Positions 38,201-52,460 of a stretch of DNA of 64,000 nt are shown here, piece after piece. A program made the position numbers and the translations under genes. The stretch lies in the NCBI GenBank assembly GCA_043228905.1, contig JBHGNT010000016.1:16864001-16928000 (forward strand), written 5' to 3'. Position 1 is the stretch's first letter. Each line of letters begins with the position of its first letter. The DNA comes from Azolla caroliniana (lineage: Eukaryota > Plantae > Polypodiophyta). The notes below the pieces were generated by a model. It saw nothing but the letters and a program-made list of their open reading frames with translations. It made no database searches and had not been told where the DNA came from.

Positions 38201-40599
38201 TCGGAGTCGGTAAGGAATACCACGATGCCGATTCATCAAACTCGACATCTCGGCTGACTCGGACCTGCTTCGTCCGGGGGTTATAACACTTATACCCCTT
38301 TTGCTCTTGAGCATAGCCGACTAGGATGCATTTTTCCAATTTTGCATCCAGCTTTCTCCGCTTCTCATCTGGCACATGTACATAGGCTGTGTTGCCGAAT
38401 ATCCGGAGGTGTCTCAAATTCGTCTTGCGCCCGAAATACAGCTCGTGAGCTGACACCTTGTCCTCGATTCGGTTCTGGATGTAAACGGCCATTTGGATCG
38501 CCTCCGCCCAGTAGAACTTGGGCATGCTCTTTTCCTCCAGCATTCCCCTAGCCATGTTAATCAGCGACCGATTCTTCCTTTCGGCCACACCGTTCTGTTG
38601 CGGTGTGTATCTGCAGCTAAATTCTCGCTGAATTCCTTTTTGTTGCAGATAGCTGTTGAATTGGCCGGAAAAGTACTCTTTTCCACCATTCGACCATAGG
38701 CATTTGATCTTCCTCTCCGATTCCCGTTCCACCATCTTCTGGAGGCTCCGGAAACACTCGAAGACTTCGCTCTTCCGCTCAATGAGGTAGATCCACGTAT
38801 GCCGCGTGTAGTCATCGATGAAGGAGATGAAATATCGATTCCCGCCAATGCTAACATTTTGTGCCGGTCCCCACACATCCGAATGGATAAGATCGAGCTT
38901 GTTACGGCTTCGATTTCTTTCAGTGGGAAATGGAAGCCGGTGTTGCTTCCCGAGTTGGCAGGCTTCACAAATATGGGCTCTCCGGCCGCTAAACTTCAGC
39001 AAACCGAAAACGACTTGTTCCGTTTGCAGGTCTTGAAGCCTCCGGTAGTTGACGTGTTGATCCGCTTGTGCAACAGGTCGATATCTGACTCGACCTTCTG
39101 TCCTTTGGTGAACACTGCAGTGCCGACGTCATTGGTGTTGAGGATAAACATCCTCCCATCTCTGCGCCCTTGCACAATAACTTCGCTGTCATCCTCAATG
39201 AGGCACCCGAGGTGCGTAAACCGCAACTGCATCCCCTGGTCGACGATCTGTCCGACCGACACCAGGTTCTTCGTGATCGTCGGAACATGACATAATACAT
39301 TCATCAGCTTCCCCTTCTGTCCGACGTGGCTGAAAGGGACTTCTCTGACGTGCACAATCGGGTGGGGAGTGTCGTCTCCGGTTTCGACAACTCCCGGTTG
39401 ATCCGGCTTCTCCAAAAAGGAGAACCACTCCCCTTGGCTCGTCATGTGGTTCGATGCGCCGGGGTCAACGTACCACACTTCCTCCGATTTGGAAGTGGTC
39501 TTCTTCATTGAGTTTGCCTTGTGCTTCATCACCAAGGTTGGCCCCTTACCGTTCTTGGATCCTCCCGATCCGTTTGCGTAGTGCGAGCTTTGCCGACCTT
39601 CCTTACCGGTCTTGCTGGATCCGGATTTGTCCGAATTGGCACGCTTTCTTCAGCACTTGCTTTCCCTGTGGCCCTTTTTGCCACAGTTCCAGCATTCCAT
39701 AGCGGATTTGTCTTGCCGGCCTCCGGCACCACCTTGACTCCCTCTGATTGTGGAAGTCTCGGAACTGCTGTCGGCACGCTCATTGTGCCTTCATTCCTGC
39801 TCTTGCCGGCCACCTCCATTGCGTGCCGACTTGCCTCGTCCACCACGCCTGCGGGACCGATCCGCTCCCGTGTACAGCATCCGGCTGTCTGGGGATGCAC
39901 TGGTAGATGCATCAGTGTGGTTGTCCTCTACAAGGAGCATCGACTGTAAGTCGAAAAAAGAGGGCGTATTCTCCCTTGTACAAACCACAGTCTAGAAAGC
40001 TCCGAACTTGGACGCCAGGCCTCCAAGACAGACCTGCACCATCTCGTCTTCCTCTACGGTGACGTTAATAGAGGCAAGCGAGTCACAGATCCCTTTGATC
40101 CAGTCTGTGTAATCTAAGTTGCAGCTTCGGGGCAGTGGTGCTTGCGGCGAAAACCTTTTTCAAGTTTCCCCAAGCATCCTTTGGTGTCTTGGCGTCACAG
40201 ATATGGCTGAGCAGCTGGTCATCGACACTGGACGCGAAGCAGTACATCACCCTGCTTGCTGCTTGTTCCCACACTGGGAAGTCCTTGTGTGTTGTCTCTG
40301 GTGCTGAGTCGTTCACTCCGTTGCCATAACTGCAGTAGCCATGCCCAAGCAGGTACTGGTGCATCTTGTATGACCAAGACGCGTAGTTGGTTCTATCGAG
40401 CTTCTCCACCGGGAGTGACGTAGCCATACCTCTGTCCATTTCTCCTTTTGTGTCTGTTTTCTGATCTGTTAGGGTTTCCTTCACAAGCGTAGATTTCTGC
40501 AGCAAAGGTTCTCAACCCATGCGCTCTGATACCATGTTAAAGATTGCTTGCAGAAGCGTTAGAAAGAACAATACACAAAGAGAGAGAGAGAGTACGCGG

Positions 40600-40645
<46 letters not shown>

Positions 40646-41753
40646 AAAACACACTATTTTTCAAAATTATATGAATACTTTGTGCTCTGTATCTACAACG
40701 CGCTCATCAGCGCTATTTATACAAGTCCACACGGAACTGTTAAAAGTTGACGGGAACTCAACGCTCCTTATTCACAACGCTCGGCCACAACCGAGCTTAG
40801 AATCATACACAGAAAACAGGAAACGGAAAACACGCGACACAAAGGAGAAGAAAACATGTACACAGGATGTTTACGTGGAAAACCCAAACTAAGGGAAAAA
40901 CCACGGCAGCCCACAGGCTGCAAACTATCGCTATGTTAGAATGTACAACAGTGAATTCACGGAGGCAACGACCTCGTGCTCACGATCCTCGCCACAGGCG
41001 GCGGTTACAACAGAGGCTACGACCTCTTCCTCTCTCTCTCTCTCTCTATACACTGTTACGTGCTCTCTCTTCTTCTTGCACCAACAAGAAATGACAACAA
41101 CAACTATAACTAAAAGTTTGCCCTAAGTCATATTTATACTAATAGGACTTTTCGGCTATTTACAAATATAGCCTCGATGGACTCTCAGAAACATATTTAC
41201 GAATATGTCTCTTCATCCGGTTCTCACCAGGTCTGCATCATCCGGCTCTCCGTAGCCAGGTACTCCTCATCCGGATCTCACCGGGTCTGCACCATTCAGC
41301 TCTCCATAGCCGGGTACTCCTCATCCGGTTCTCACCGGGTCTGCGTCATCCGGCTCTCCGTAGCCGGGTACTCCTCATCCGGTTCTCGTCGGGTCAGCGT
41401 CATTCGGCTCTCCGTAGCCGGGTACTCCTCATCCGGTTCTCACCGGGTCTGCACTGTTTGTTCATCGGCACTGTTCTTCTCTCTTCCCATCCGGAGGGAC
41501 CTGTCTCCCAACAAAAGTACGGTGTACTTCAATGCTCACACGAGAATTTGACACTAACTACGAGACTATAACTGCCTAGTAGTCTAACCTATACTAGGCT
41601 TCCGGTTACGGATTGGATCTGGCATACCGGCTCCCTAACTCACCGGTCCTTACTGCTTACCGGCTCGGTTGCTCACCGGCATACCGATTCATCTCGCTTA
41701 CCAGCTCAGGCTTATTCAGCCGATCCGGCTCTGGTTGAGCTTGCCGCTCAACA
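35185..41753 (-). mobile_element. Ty1/copia, full length, nested, perfect TSD ACTTA
   Basis: LTRs 35185-35626 and 40535-41753; PBS-iMet 40523-40534; TSD 35180-35184/41754-41758; INT-RT ORF 37506-39002, RH ORF 35917-36975. Confidence 0.93.
40748..41513 (-). mobile_element. Solo LTR (same family as 60824-61795) inside the 5' LTR of the nested copia, TSD AAAGT
   Basis: TG..CA termini; AAAGT at 40743-40747 and 41514-41518; ~4.4 copies of a 54-bp unit at 41215-41452. Confidence 0.92.
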
Positions 41754-44700
41754 ACTTATAACCCTTCTGCTCGTCCGAGTAGCCGACCAAGATACACTTC
41801 TCGGATTTCGCGTCCAACTTCCTTCGTTTCTCCTTCGGTAGATGCACATACACAATGCTACCAAAACTCTCAAGTGTCGTAGATTCGGCTTCCTTCCGAA
41901 ATACAACTCATGCGCCGACACTTTGTCTCCGATCTGATTCTGGACGTATACTGTGGTTCGTACCGCCTCGGCGCAATAGAACTTGGGCAAGCATTCCCAT
42001 GCCACTTCTACAATTGACCGGTTCTCCCTCTCGGCAACGCCATTTTGCTCCGGCGTGTATCTACAACTGAATTCACGCCGAATTCCAATCTGTTGCAGAT
42101 ATCCGTTGAATTGACAAGAAAAGTATTCTTTTCCACCATCCGACCGCAAGCACTTGATATTTCGTCCTGTTTCCGTTTCCACGAACCCTTTAAGGTCCCG
42201 GAAACAGTCGAAGACTTCACTCTTCTTCTCGATGAGATAGATCCACGTGTGCCACATATAGTCGTCGATGAAGGAGACAAAATATCGACTCCTGCCAAGA
42301 CTAACGTTTTGTGTCTGCCCCCATAGAGCGGAATGTATCAAGTCGAGCTTGTTCCGGCTCCAATTATGCTCGTTAGGGAATGGAAGTCGGTGTTGCTTCC
42401 CGAGTTGGCAAGCTTCACAAATTTGTGCCTTCCAGCCACTAAATTTGGGCAATCAGAACACCACCTATTTCGATTGCAGGTCCTGAAGCCGTTGATAGTT
42501 GACGTGGCCTATCCGCTTGTGCCATAAGTCGATATCCGACTCGACTTTTTGTCCTTTCGCGAACATTGCGGTGCCACCGTCACTAGAGTCGAGGATAAAC
42601 ATCCTCCCGTCTCTGCGGCCTTGCACAATACCTTGACCTTCTTCTTCGATGCAGCACCCGAGATGCGTGAACCGGACTTGCATCCCCTGGTCGACGATCT
42701 GCCCGACCGACACCAGATTCTTAGTGATTTTGGGGACGTGTAACACGTTCATAAGTTTCCCTTTCTACTGAACATGGCTCAAGGGAACTTCACCGACATT
42801 CGTGATCGGATGTGGAGTGTCGTTTCTGGTTGCGACTAATCCCGGTTGCATCGGTTTTTCCAGGTACGAGAACCACTGCTTGTGGCACGTCATGTGGTTT
42901 GACGCACCGGAGTCAACGTACCACACCTCGTCCGATTTCGGGGTGGAAATCTTCATAGAGTTTGCTTCGTGTCTCATCACGAAGACTGACCCTTTTTCAG
43001 ATCCTTCGGCATAGTGCGATTGTTGCCGATTTCCTTTGTCGGTTTGTCCGGAGCCTGATCTAGATCCGGTCCTCTCTGAGTCGGCGCTCTTCTTCTAGCA
43101 CTCGCTCTCCTTGTGGCCTTTCTTGCCACAATACCAGCATTCCGCAACGGATTTCCCTTGCCGGTTCTCGTCGCCTCGACTCCCCCTGTTTCCGGAGGGT
43201 CTGGAATTGTTGTCGGCATCACTTTGGTGCCTTCCTTCTTGATCCCATCGACCGCCTCCATTGCACACCGACTCGCCTTGTTCGCCACGACCACGGGGCC
43301 TATCTCCCTGCGTGTACAACATCTTGTTGTCGGCATGCGTGCTCGTCGACGCACCCGTGTGGTCCTCCTCTATAAGGAGCATCAACTGTAAGTCGAAAAA
43401 CGACGATGTATTCTCCCGTGTACACACAACAGTTAGGAATGCTCCGAACTTCGATGCCAGCTCCTTGAGACAGATCAACACCATCTCGCCTTCCTTGACA
43501 TTCACATTGATGGAGGCTTAGGAGTCACATATATCTTTGATCTTCGAGGTGTAATCAGCCACCGAAAAGTCGCATTGTCGTAAATTGCTCAGCTCTTGTC
43601 AGAGGTGAAGCTTCCTGGATGTGGTGCTTGTGACGAAGATCTTCTTCAGATTTCCCCAAGCATCCTTTGGCATTTTCGCATCCCGAATATAGGTCAGGAG
43701 TTGTTCGTCCACACAAGACGCGAAGCAGTACAGTACTCTGCTCGCCGACTGTTCCCATGCCAGGAAATGTCTGTGTGTCGATTGGGGTGTTGTGTCATTT
43801 GCTCCGTTGACATAGCTCTAGTAACCATGCCCGAGCAGGTACTGGTGCATCTTGTGGGACCAAGATGCGTAGTTGTTTCTATCGAGCTTCTCGGTAGGAA
43901 GCGAGTTAGCCATGCCTCTATCCATTGGTTTTACTTGTTCTTCTTGGTTAGTTTCCTTTCAAGCTATGTCGGTTGCAGAGGTTCTCAACCTTCTCACTCT
44001 GATACCATGTGAAGAATAGCGTGCCGAAGCAATAGGAAATCGAACACAGAAAATACGCAGGTTTAATGGAGAGCTTGTATATGCACAATACGCAGGAGAG
44101 ATAGAGAGAAAACACACGATTCAAAACAATACTCAATCTGTACATAGGATGTGCTCAGTGAGCACTTTTATACAAGTCCATACGGACTGATAGAAGTACT
44201 GACACGTACTTCAATGCTCATAATTGAGCTCTACGCACCCGTTTTACGCACCGGTCCAGCCTAACCAATCGGCCCCAACCGATCCGGTTCTCGTCTTGCA
44301 CAGCCGATCTGGCAAATGTTGATCAATCGTGGAGATCACCATCGGCTCCACTATCTTCGGATCAACGCACCCTGTCTCTCTCGATGTGAATGCAAATGCT
44401 CTTCCATGCTGCTCCAACATCTCATGAAACCGTTCTTCTTCATTTTGTGAGAGGAAACCACCTCCACCAATCCGAAGTTCTTTCCGGGTCTCATCCATGA
44501 AGGCATGTCCGATATCCAAGGACTTCCAAAGTGTCGGATCTCCCGAGACTTCTTTCCTCGTTTGTTCACTATTGACGAGTAGCGGTCCCACCGCCGGTTT
44601 CACCTTCTTTTCCACGAGCTTATATTTCGTACATACCATTGCTTCTTCTTTGTGCAGCGCATCCGGCCCCATTTTCGCAATGATCTCGTACATCTCAACC

Positions 44701-47559
44701 GATTCCACCGGAACGACCCGGTCTCCCTGGCTATTCTCTTCTGCAAGCTCTTCAAACCGTTGTAGCGTGTTCCCATAAAACACTTGTTCGACTACTCCCA
44801 CTATTTCTTCGTCTTCTTTTATTATTGATGCAGACCGTAACTCATCTTGCACCTTTCAAAATTCTTCCTTCATTACTCTGGTTATGGCCGTGTACGTAGA
44901 TGCCCCATCCATACCGATTCGTACTTGTTTTGCTCCGAGAGTTTTCTTTCTGTGTGGGGTATCAGGGCTTCTCGGACTATTACTTGCCCACTCCGCAACA
45001 GTCTGCTTTAAAAATCCATTTTTGTTTGGGACAAGAGCTGTCTCTTGTTCATTTCATGATTTGATGGCACGGTTAGGAATTGGACGGTTTTCCCTCCGCT
45101 TTGGCTCCGAATTCATGCAAAAGTCGCTCTACTATCGAGCACCTTTGTCTCCATCCATGAAGCCGTGATAAAGGGTTGCCTAAGGATCACAGTGTGAGAC
45201 CTCATCTTGCACAAAGAAATTTTGGTCCATCTCCACATCCCCGATCTTCACTGTCACATCTAGACAAGCCAGAAATAAATCTTCCGTTGCTTTAGTGGCT
45301 GCCCGGATCTTCGATCCATGATTAGTGTTAATAGGCCACTTCCCCTTCCGGTAGAACTCCTCAGACATCAAGTTGATCTCTGATCCGTGATCAATCAATG
45401 CTAGTAGAGGCTCTTTGATGTTTCCGATTCGGACCGGACTCTCCGTAGTTGTGCATGCCCAGTGTGGCCTTGTGTAGTGGGAGTTCAGAATTCCATCCTC
45501 CACTTCGGTATCATTTATTAGAACGGTATTTGCATTCACCCTTGGAGCATTTTCCTCCATATTTTTTCTTTTTCTCTTCACGAGATCCAGAAGAAGATTC
45601 TGGAACTCCTTCTCTATTCCGAGTAATTCCCGAAGCGAAAAATCTACCCGACTATCGAGAATTTTCTCCTCGAACACATTTTTTAAGTCTGTTCATTGCT
45701 CGATGTCTGAAGCGAGTTTGAATGCCGGAATTGTTTTTCCTTTTCCCTTCCCTTCGGAGTTCCAGCTCTGGCATCTTTGATGGTCTGGCCGCATCATCCG
45801 TGCGTCGTCGTTTCTCATCTACATACACCTTATGTAATTGGCATAGGTCGTACACACTATTCTTATCGACGGGGCACTGCCATCCCATAGCTTCTCGGAT
45901 GCCTTCCATGGTGCTTCAGATCTCATTAGTGCCAGTTTTCTCGGGGTTTTCTAGCACTTCCAGCCAAAAAGACGCCTTTGCTCCAAATGACTCACCCACA
46001 CATATCCCCGTTGTTGTCGCATAATTGCTTTTCGCCGCTATTTACTCTTCTAGAACCTTCTTCATGCCCCCTTTTCGGAAGTTCGATCGGAGTGGCTTTC
46101 GAGGATCCATCGAATGAATCCGATTTCCCTCATGGTAGATAAGATCCCATCGTACCGCCTCCTTGTGCTCATTGGAATCCCTCTGATCATGTTCGGTGCT
46201 ATCATACAATATGCATCGACGGTCCATATACTTGGAACTTGTGGGATGGTCATCCGACTTCTTCACCATCGCGATTTTCAGATTCTCCATCTCCTTCAGC
46301 AACTGCTCCACCATGGTTGCATCGATTCCCGTCTCGGTCATAGTCTCCCGAGCCCACGGTTGATGGTCTTCCAATCTGGATCTTGGTTTCGGAATTCGTT
46401 CCGAAACCCTCTTTTCTTCACTACCAAGTCATTGCCCCCTCTTTGTGTATCGCGCTATGATGTCCTGCATGTTTTCCCATGTATTGGTGAGGCCACTCTC
46501 AGTAGTGGTGTCCTCTAGAAGCATTCCAAGATCTTTCCAGTCTCGGACATCCACGGCTTGTAAAAACTTGATCACTTTGTCCGGTGTGAGGATAGCTTGA
46601 TCTCTCGCAGACAACCTCCCGAACCGACTTTCAAATGCTGAAAACACATCGAGGACCTTCAGCCCCTTGTCTGGCATTTCCACCCAATCTTCGAATCCCC
46701 TTCGCGTTGCCTTGGAGGAGTCCTTGATGGCGAACGTGTTCTTTAGAGCTTCTTCAAATGCTTCCCACATCGGATTTTGGTGTCGTATCCCATGGATACT
46801 CCCTTGAAGCCCGTCCGTAGACACCCGATTGAAGGATGTCACCTGCAATCCTTACGATATTCTGCACTGTAGCATTTCCACCTTGTAATCCCGCAAATAT
46901 CGCCACACATCCTTCCCGTTGATTTGCCGGTTACGTTGCACGAGCCGCTCTAATGCCGCCGCAATCTCCGACATCGCACGTTGTTCTTGTAGCATCCGCT
47001 CGAACATCGCCATCATGTTGTTAGTTTCTAGTTGATTTTCCATCTCTTGCCACCCGGGTTTCACGTTGGGTTCACCACTTGTGTCGGGCCTTTTGCTCCG
47101 GATCGTTTGCGTGAGTCGGGTGGGAACCGTTTTGGTTTTGGACTAGGAGAAAGAAGAATATGAGATAGGTTAGTTATGAATAGATTGCAAGAGGAAGATA
47201 TGAAACTCGTGAATCCCACGAGTATAGTGTATTAATTGATACTTAGATTGTAAGAGAGAAATATATGGCAAAAATCATAAATCCCACGAATATTTTATAT
47301 TAATCAACCGTTCCAAAAAATCAACAACCCCTATTCATCTTTCTCTCTTCATTATATAGTAATGGAAGAGTCTAAGTTTATCACATGCAAACATCATGCT
47401 TTCTCTAACTTTAGTTTTCATGCACATTACATGCACATCATTAGCTTTCTATCACATCATTTCATTTAATTCGAGTGTGTATGTATGAATAACTTTTTCT
47501 ATCATGCTTATCTAGAATATTTACATGGGATAAAGTTTAGTATAACTTTAAAAACTCAC

Positions 47560-47630
47560 AATATCCTAGTATAATGGTAAGGCTTAAAATCATGAACATG
47601 AAGGTACAAGGTTCAAATATTGTCCTATGC
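47560..47630 (+). ncRNA. tRNA-like A/B-box module in 5' LTR U3 (antisense to element)
   Basis: TAGTATAATGG (47567-47577)...AGGTACAAGGTTCAAAT; paralog of 30227-30297. Confidence 0.45.
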
Positions 47631-47732
47631 ATGTAACGTAATTATTATTGTAGTATTTCTCCTATTTCTTTATACTTAGTCAATCAGGTACTCCACACAT
47701 ATTTTACGTAGTGTACAAATTACACCACGATA

Positions 47733-50700
47733 ATGTAACAACAAAACAAAGAGAGTGAGAGAAAGAGAGTGAGCTCTTTAGACAGAGAACAGAAACTGTA
47801 TATTACTTCTAACAACATGCATCCAATAGTAACTAAGTTACAAAATGTTGGTCTAAATACCAACTAAACTAGGGCAAGTACCCTTTCTACTATTTATAAA
47901 ACAAGCCTAGTATGTCCATGAGCTAGTGTGAAACCTATTTCTATGGGAAGTTGAGTTCGACTCTCAACACGTCCCTTTGAACACCACTTCGGAGTTCTTC
48001 AATTTGAATGTGCTTCCGGTTTTCATGCTCCTTATTCACCTTGACTATTGCCATCGTACTTCGACTCGTCTGGTCGTTTATTTCCATATTGCATTCTTAT
48101 CGTCCATCGCATGTAGTACTCCCCCTCAAGCCCGAGTTTGTCGATGCCTAAGGCCTTCGTAAAGATATCAGCAACCTGGGGATTTGTATTGATGTGTTGT
48201 AGATCGATATGTCCATCCTATACGCGTTCATGGATGAAGTAAGGGGTTTCGATCAAGATAGATATTGTTCATGTTGTCGCAATATAGACGAACCAGATCT
48301 TTGATGGGTACACCCAAATCCTTCAGTATGTGCTTGAGTCATACGGCTTCGCATGCGGCGACCGTTGCACCCCTATATTCGGCTTCCGTGCTCGACAGTG
48401 CGACAGTCGGATGCTTCTTAGTGCTCTAGGAGATCGCTCCACTACAAAGGGAGAAGACGAATCTGGATGTGGATGTCTATCTGCTTTGTATCCTACCCAG
48501 TCTACGTCTATGTAGCCTTCGAGTCGAATGATCGTAGTCAACTTATACATGATGTCGTAATTCATCGTCATACTGACATAGCAAAGTACCTCTTAGCATA
48601 ACCCAGATGAAGATTTTGCGGATTTTGCATAAACTCGCTAAGTAGGCCAACCAAGTAGTTGAGTTCGGGTCGCGTGATGATTAGATAAATTAAGCTTCCA
48701 ATCAGTTGTGAATACTGAGTCTGTTTGCTCTCGGCTGTGCCGGAATTGGCCTCGATCTTGAGGTTTCGATCGAGAGAGGGTCACAAGCTTGCACTCGGTC
48801 ATTCCAAAGTTGTAGAGTAAGTTGAGAATGTAGTGTTGTTAAGAGACCATGATTTTGATTGGTGTCTGAATTACTTCAATGCTTAGGAAGTAATGAAGTT
48901 CGTGTAGGTCTTTCATTTCGAATTTGCCGGAAAGAAGTGATTTGACCTTGTTAATGTCAGCGAGATCCTTTCCTCCGATGACCAAATCATCCACCTATAG
49001 GATGATGAAAATCAAGCAATCTGAATCTTTTTGGATGTACAGAGAATTATCGGATTTTGACAATGAAATCTGATCTGATAAAGATACTGCGTGATCTTCG
49101 AATGCCGCGCACGTGGTGCTTGTTTGAGACCGTAGAGTGGCTTCTTGAGTCAGCACACGGCTTCTTGGATCATGTACACTTCCTCCACTAAGTCTCCTTG
49201 GAGGAAGGCGTTCTTCACGTCCATATGGTGGAGGTGCCACCCTTTCGCCGATGCAAGAGCAATTATGGTTCGCACAATGGTCATCTTTGCCACTGGAGCA
49301 ATGATCTCTTCATAGTCTACTCCGTGCATTGGTGCGTATCCTTTTGTGACGAGTCGTGCTTTGAATCACTTTGTAAATCCGTCTGTAGCCAATCGCTTGC
49401 TTGTACGGAGGGTGAGGAACGAGATTCCATGTCTCATTTTTGCATACATTTCCTCATTCATCGCGTCAACTCATCGCGGATCCTTTACGGCTTCGGAAAG
49501 CATTTCCGGCTCCCGACGCTTCCTTCATCATAAAGGCGTAATGATATGCCATTTACTCATCGTAGCTGTAATGGCTTACGGGGTTCTTTTCATGGGTTGA
49601 TCACCGTAGCTTTTCGTTCGCAGATTCTAAGGCTTTCTTCACACCATCAATCCAGATGTCCAGAACTTCGAACACACTATCAAGGGAGTGAGTCGATTCG
49701 ATTTCAAACTGATCTTCGTATTCCGGCATTTTGGCTTCCCTTTGTCCACGTTCGGACTTGGCCCTCTGGTTGCTCCAGTGCTCTTGTGGTACGCTTAGCC
49801 TTGTCGTAATTGGACTTTCTCTACTTCGGCGGAGTTCGGGTTGATTTGGGCCGTAGTCGGAGTCGTCTCTAGTGCGTACCAGGATGCGTACTCGTCGAAG
49901 ACTACGTCTCGACTTATTCAAACATTTTGGGTGGATGGATGGAAACATTTGTACCCCTTTTCTTCGAGTGAGTATCCCACGAGGATACATTTCTCCAATT
50001 TCAGATCGAGCTTTTGTCGCTTCTCATCGGGAATATGCACGTCCGCGAGTGCGCCAAAAATACGAACATGTGCTAAGTCCGGCTTCTTTCCAAAGAACTT
50101 CTCATGGGGTGTTACATCGTTTACTCCCGAGGTTGTACACATGTTCATGAGGTATATGGTCATGTTTGCCGCTTCTACCCAATATGATTTTAGCAGGTTC
50201 TTCTTGTTCATCATAGCCCATGCAACCACTACTATGTGCCGGTTCTTACACTCGGCATGCCGTTTTTTTGAGGTGTATGATGGCATGAGAATTCTCATAG
50301 GATTTCTTTCTTTCGGAGACACGCCATAAATTCATCTGAAAAGTATTCTTTGCCTCCATACGATCGAAGGCATTGCACATGACGACCCGAAACTTTTTCC
50401 ATTTCGTTTTTGAACCTCTGGAAGTGACCCAACACTTCACTCTTCTGCTTCATCGGGTAGATCCAAGTATGTCTAGAGAAGTCATCGATGAATGTAACAT
50501 ACATTTGAATGTACTACATCCAGGATCCCTTTGCTCACATTCCTCTTTTTCGGGAATGGATGTCGGTGTTGCTTTCCAAACTGGCATGCTCTGCATATGC
50601 CCGTAATCTCCTTTGCAATAAAGTTCGGGAGTCCAATTATGACTCCTTTCAATTGCATGCTCTGAAGCTTTTGGAGATTGATGTGGCCAATTCTCTTGTG

Positions 50701-51620
50701 CCACTAGTTTAGGCCAGTTTCAACTTTAAGGCCCTTTGCGAAAATGGCTGATTTCAGCTCGTTCGATTCGAGGATAAACATACAGCCTTCTTGACGGTCG
50801 CCATCTACGACTCGATCGCCTCTTTCAATAAAGCACTTGTCATTATTGAATCGTACATGCATTCGTTATTTGACAATTTGGCCGACCGAGACCAAGTTTT
50901 TCGTGATGGTAGGGACCTGCAGTACGTTCTTGAGGTAGGTTTCTGTGTCATCACCTATTTCGGCATATCCGGGACGTTCGGGTTTTTGTAATTGCCGAAA
51001 CCAATCTTCATGAGACGTCATGTGATTAGATGCTCCCGAGACAAACCATACATTATTTGAAGTAGAGGTACTAGTTGAAGCCTGTACTGGCATAGAGTGT
51101 GCTTCATGCCTCATTACGAACATTCCTCCATGGTCACCATAGTGGAATTCGTGGCGTAATTTGTAAGTTGTCGGCCCGTCTCGCGTTTCTTTTTTCGGCA
51201 CTCCTCTTCGTAGTGGCCGAGTTTTCCGCAATATCCACATTCGATTTGGTTATTATGATTTCTTGGACCGGCGGGATCTCTCCCCCTTCTGCCGAACTCT
51301 TTGGGACCGTTCCTGTCCACTTGCCATTGGTGAGAGTTACGCTCTTGGGTCTACCAACCGTGACAGCCTTGTCCGAATCGACCTCTATTTTCACAGCCAA
51401 AATTTCTTCTATCGTCCGACTAAGAGTAGAGCATATGACCCTCTAGTGCGTTGCTTCTTTGTCGAGCGTGATTTTCGTCGACCAACAATATTGATTGGAG
51501 ATCGAAAAATGAGGGAGGTTCTCCCTTGCAAGGATGGCCGATCTAATCGATCCAAATCGGGGTGCAAGCCGTCGAGGCATATTTGCACCAGGTCGTCGTC
51601 ATCGATGATGACATTGATCC
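47733..51620 (-). mobile_element. Old, heavily decayed Ty1/copia (LTR part to 47969, RH-RT-INT-PR-gag remnants)
   Basis: FIDDFSRHTWIY, EKCILVGYS, CGYCGKLGHYEEEC, GASNHMT. Confidence 0.8.
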
Positions 51621-52149
51621 TGTGAGGTTGGTCTACTTATGCAGAAGTTTATAAGGATCTTGATAGTAGGAACAAGCAAATTGCATGAATATGGTAAAGA
51701 GAAGGTGCAATGTTTAAGTTATCAAGAACAACGAATACACAAAGGGTAAGAGAGAAATAGTTACACAATGGACAAAAAAAGAGAAAGACAGTTACATTCA
51801 AAATCCATGGAATACATTACATGACTTAGTTAAAGTTGGTAAATCTTTTGACTTTGGCGTGATGATTTGGTCTGAATTTCAGCTGCATGTTCTAAGCTCC
51901 CCAAAGGTAACAAAATATGTACATTACTGCTCTTAGTGCATCCTTCCTAGATTCGACATGTAGCCGTTGCTAGCTTCGACGACATATGCAAAGTCGGGTA
52001 GGGTGGCTACCATCACATACATGAGACTTCCTATTGTCGATGCGTAGGGTATCTTTCTCATCTACTCTTTCTCTACCTTTGTTGAGGGAGACTTTGTGTT
52101 CCATAGTCAGATTGACTGGGGAGTGATGTCTGTGTAGGCTTTGACTTAT

Positions 52150-52460
52150 CAATGTTGAACCACCTCAACACATTTCAGATATATCCAGATTGGGAGAGCC
52201 CTATCTCGTTGTATCTTCATGCCCAAGATATGTTGGTCTTTCCCAAGTTCCATCATCGAGAAATTCTTGTGATCTTTCAGCTTTAGACCCTCAATTTAGG
52301 CTCTATCGCTTCCTACCATGAGAAGCTCATCCACATAAAGGATTAGATATATCCGTGACTTTTTGGATAGTTCCTTTACATACATACATGGGTCGGAGTC
52401 AGATTGGTTGTATCCAAGCTACCAAATGTGGGAGTTTAAATTTTGATACCACATGCTCCA
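52150..52460 (-). pseudogene. Very old copia RT fragment
   Basis: Minus-strand SDPCMYVK...LILYVDELL..ELGKDQHILGMKI. Confidence 0.55.

Larger units (their letters stand above)
32141..44322 (-). mobile_element. Ty1/copia (3' LTR 32141-32572; 5' LTR 44008-44322, truncated), interrupted in integrase
   Basis: LTR similarity; PBS CTCTGATACCA to 44007; PPT 32573-32581; RT/RH 32915-35150; gag-PR-INT 41754-43900. Confidence 0.9.
29748..47732 (-). mobile_element. Ty3/gypsy with tRNA-Trp PBS, both LTRs (29748-30397, 47082-47732), RT deleted, hosting a three-level copia nest
   Basis: LTR pair; PPT 30398-30410; PBS TGGTGAACCCAACGTGAA 47060-47077; gag 45650-47064; protease ALIDHGSEINLM; TKYKLVEKKVKP; RH 31586-32140; integrase ADRGEL..YNPEANGKIERGH..RWFGPY. 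Confidence 0.88.

Noticed and set aside
29743-47737. 4-bp TSDs for the Trp-primed lineage (AAGT/ATGT; ACGA/ACGC at 9666-10773)
   Set aside because: Both pairs have mismatches and cannot be distinguished from decayed 5-bp TSDs or chance
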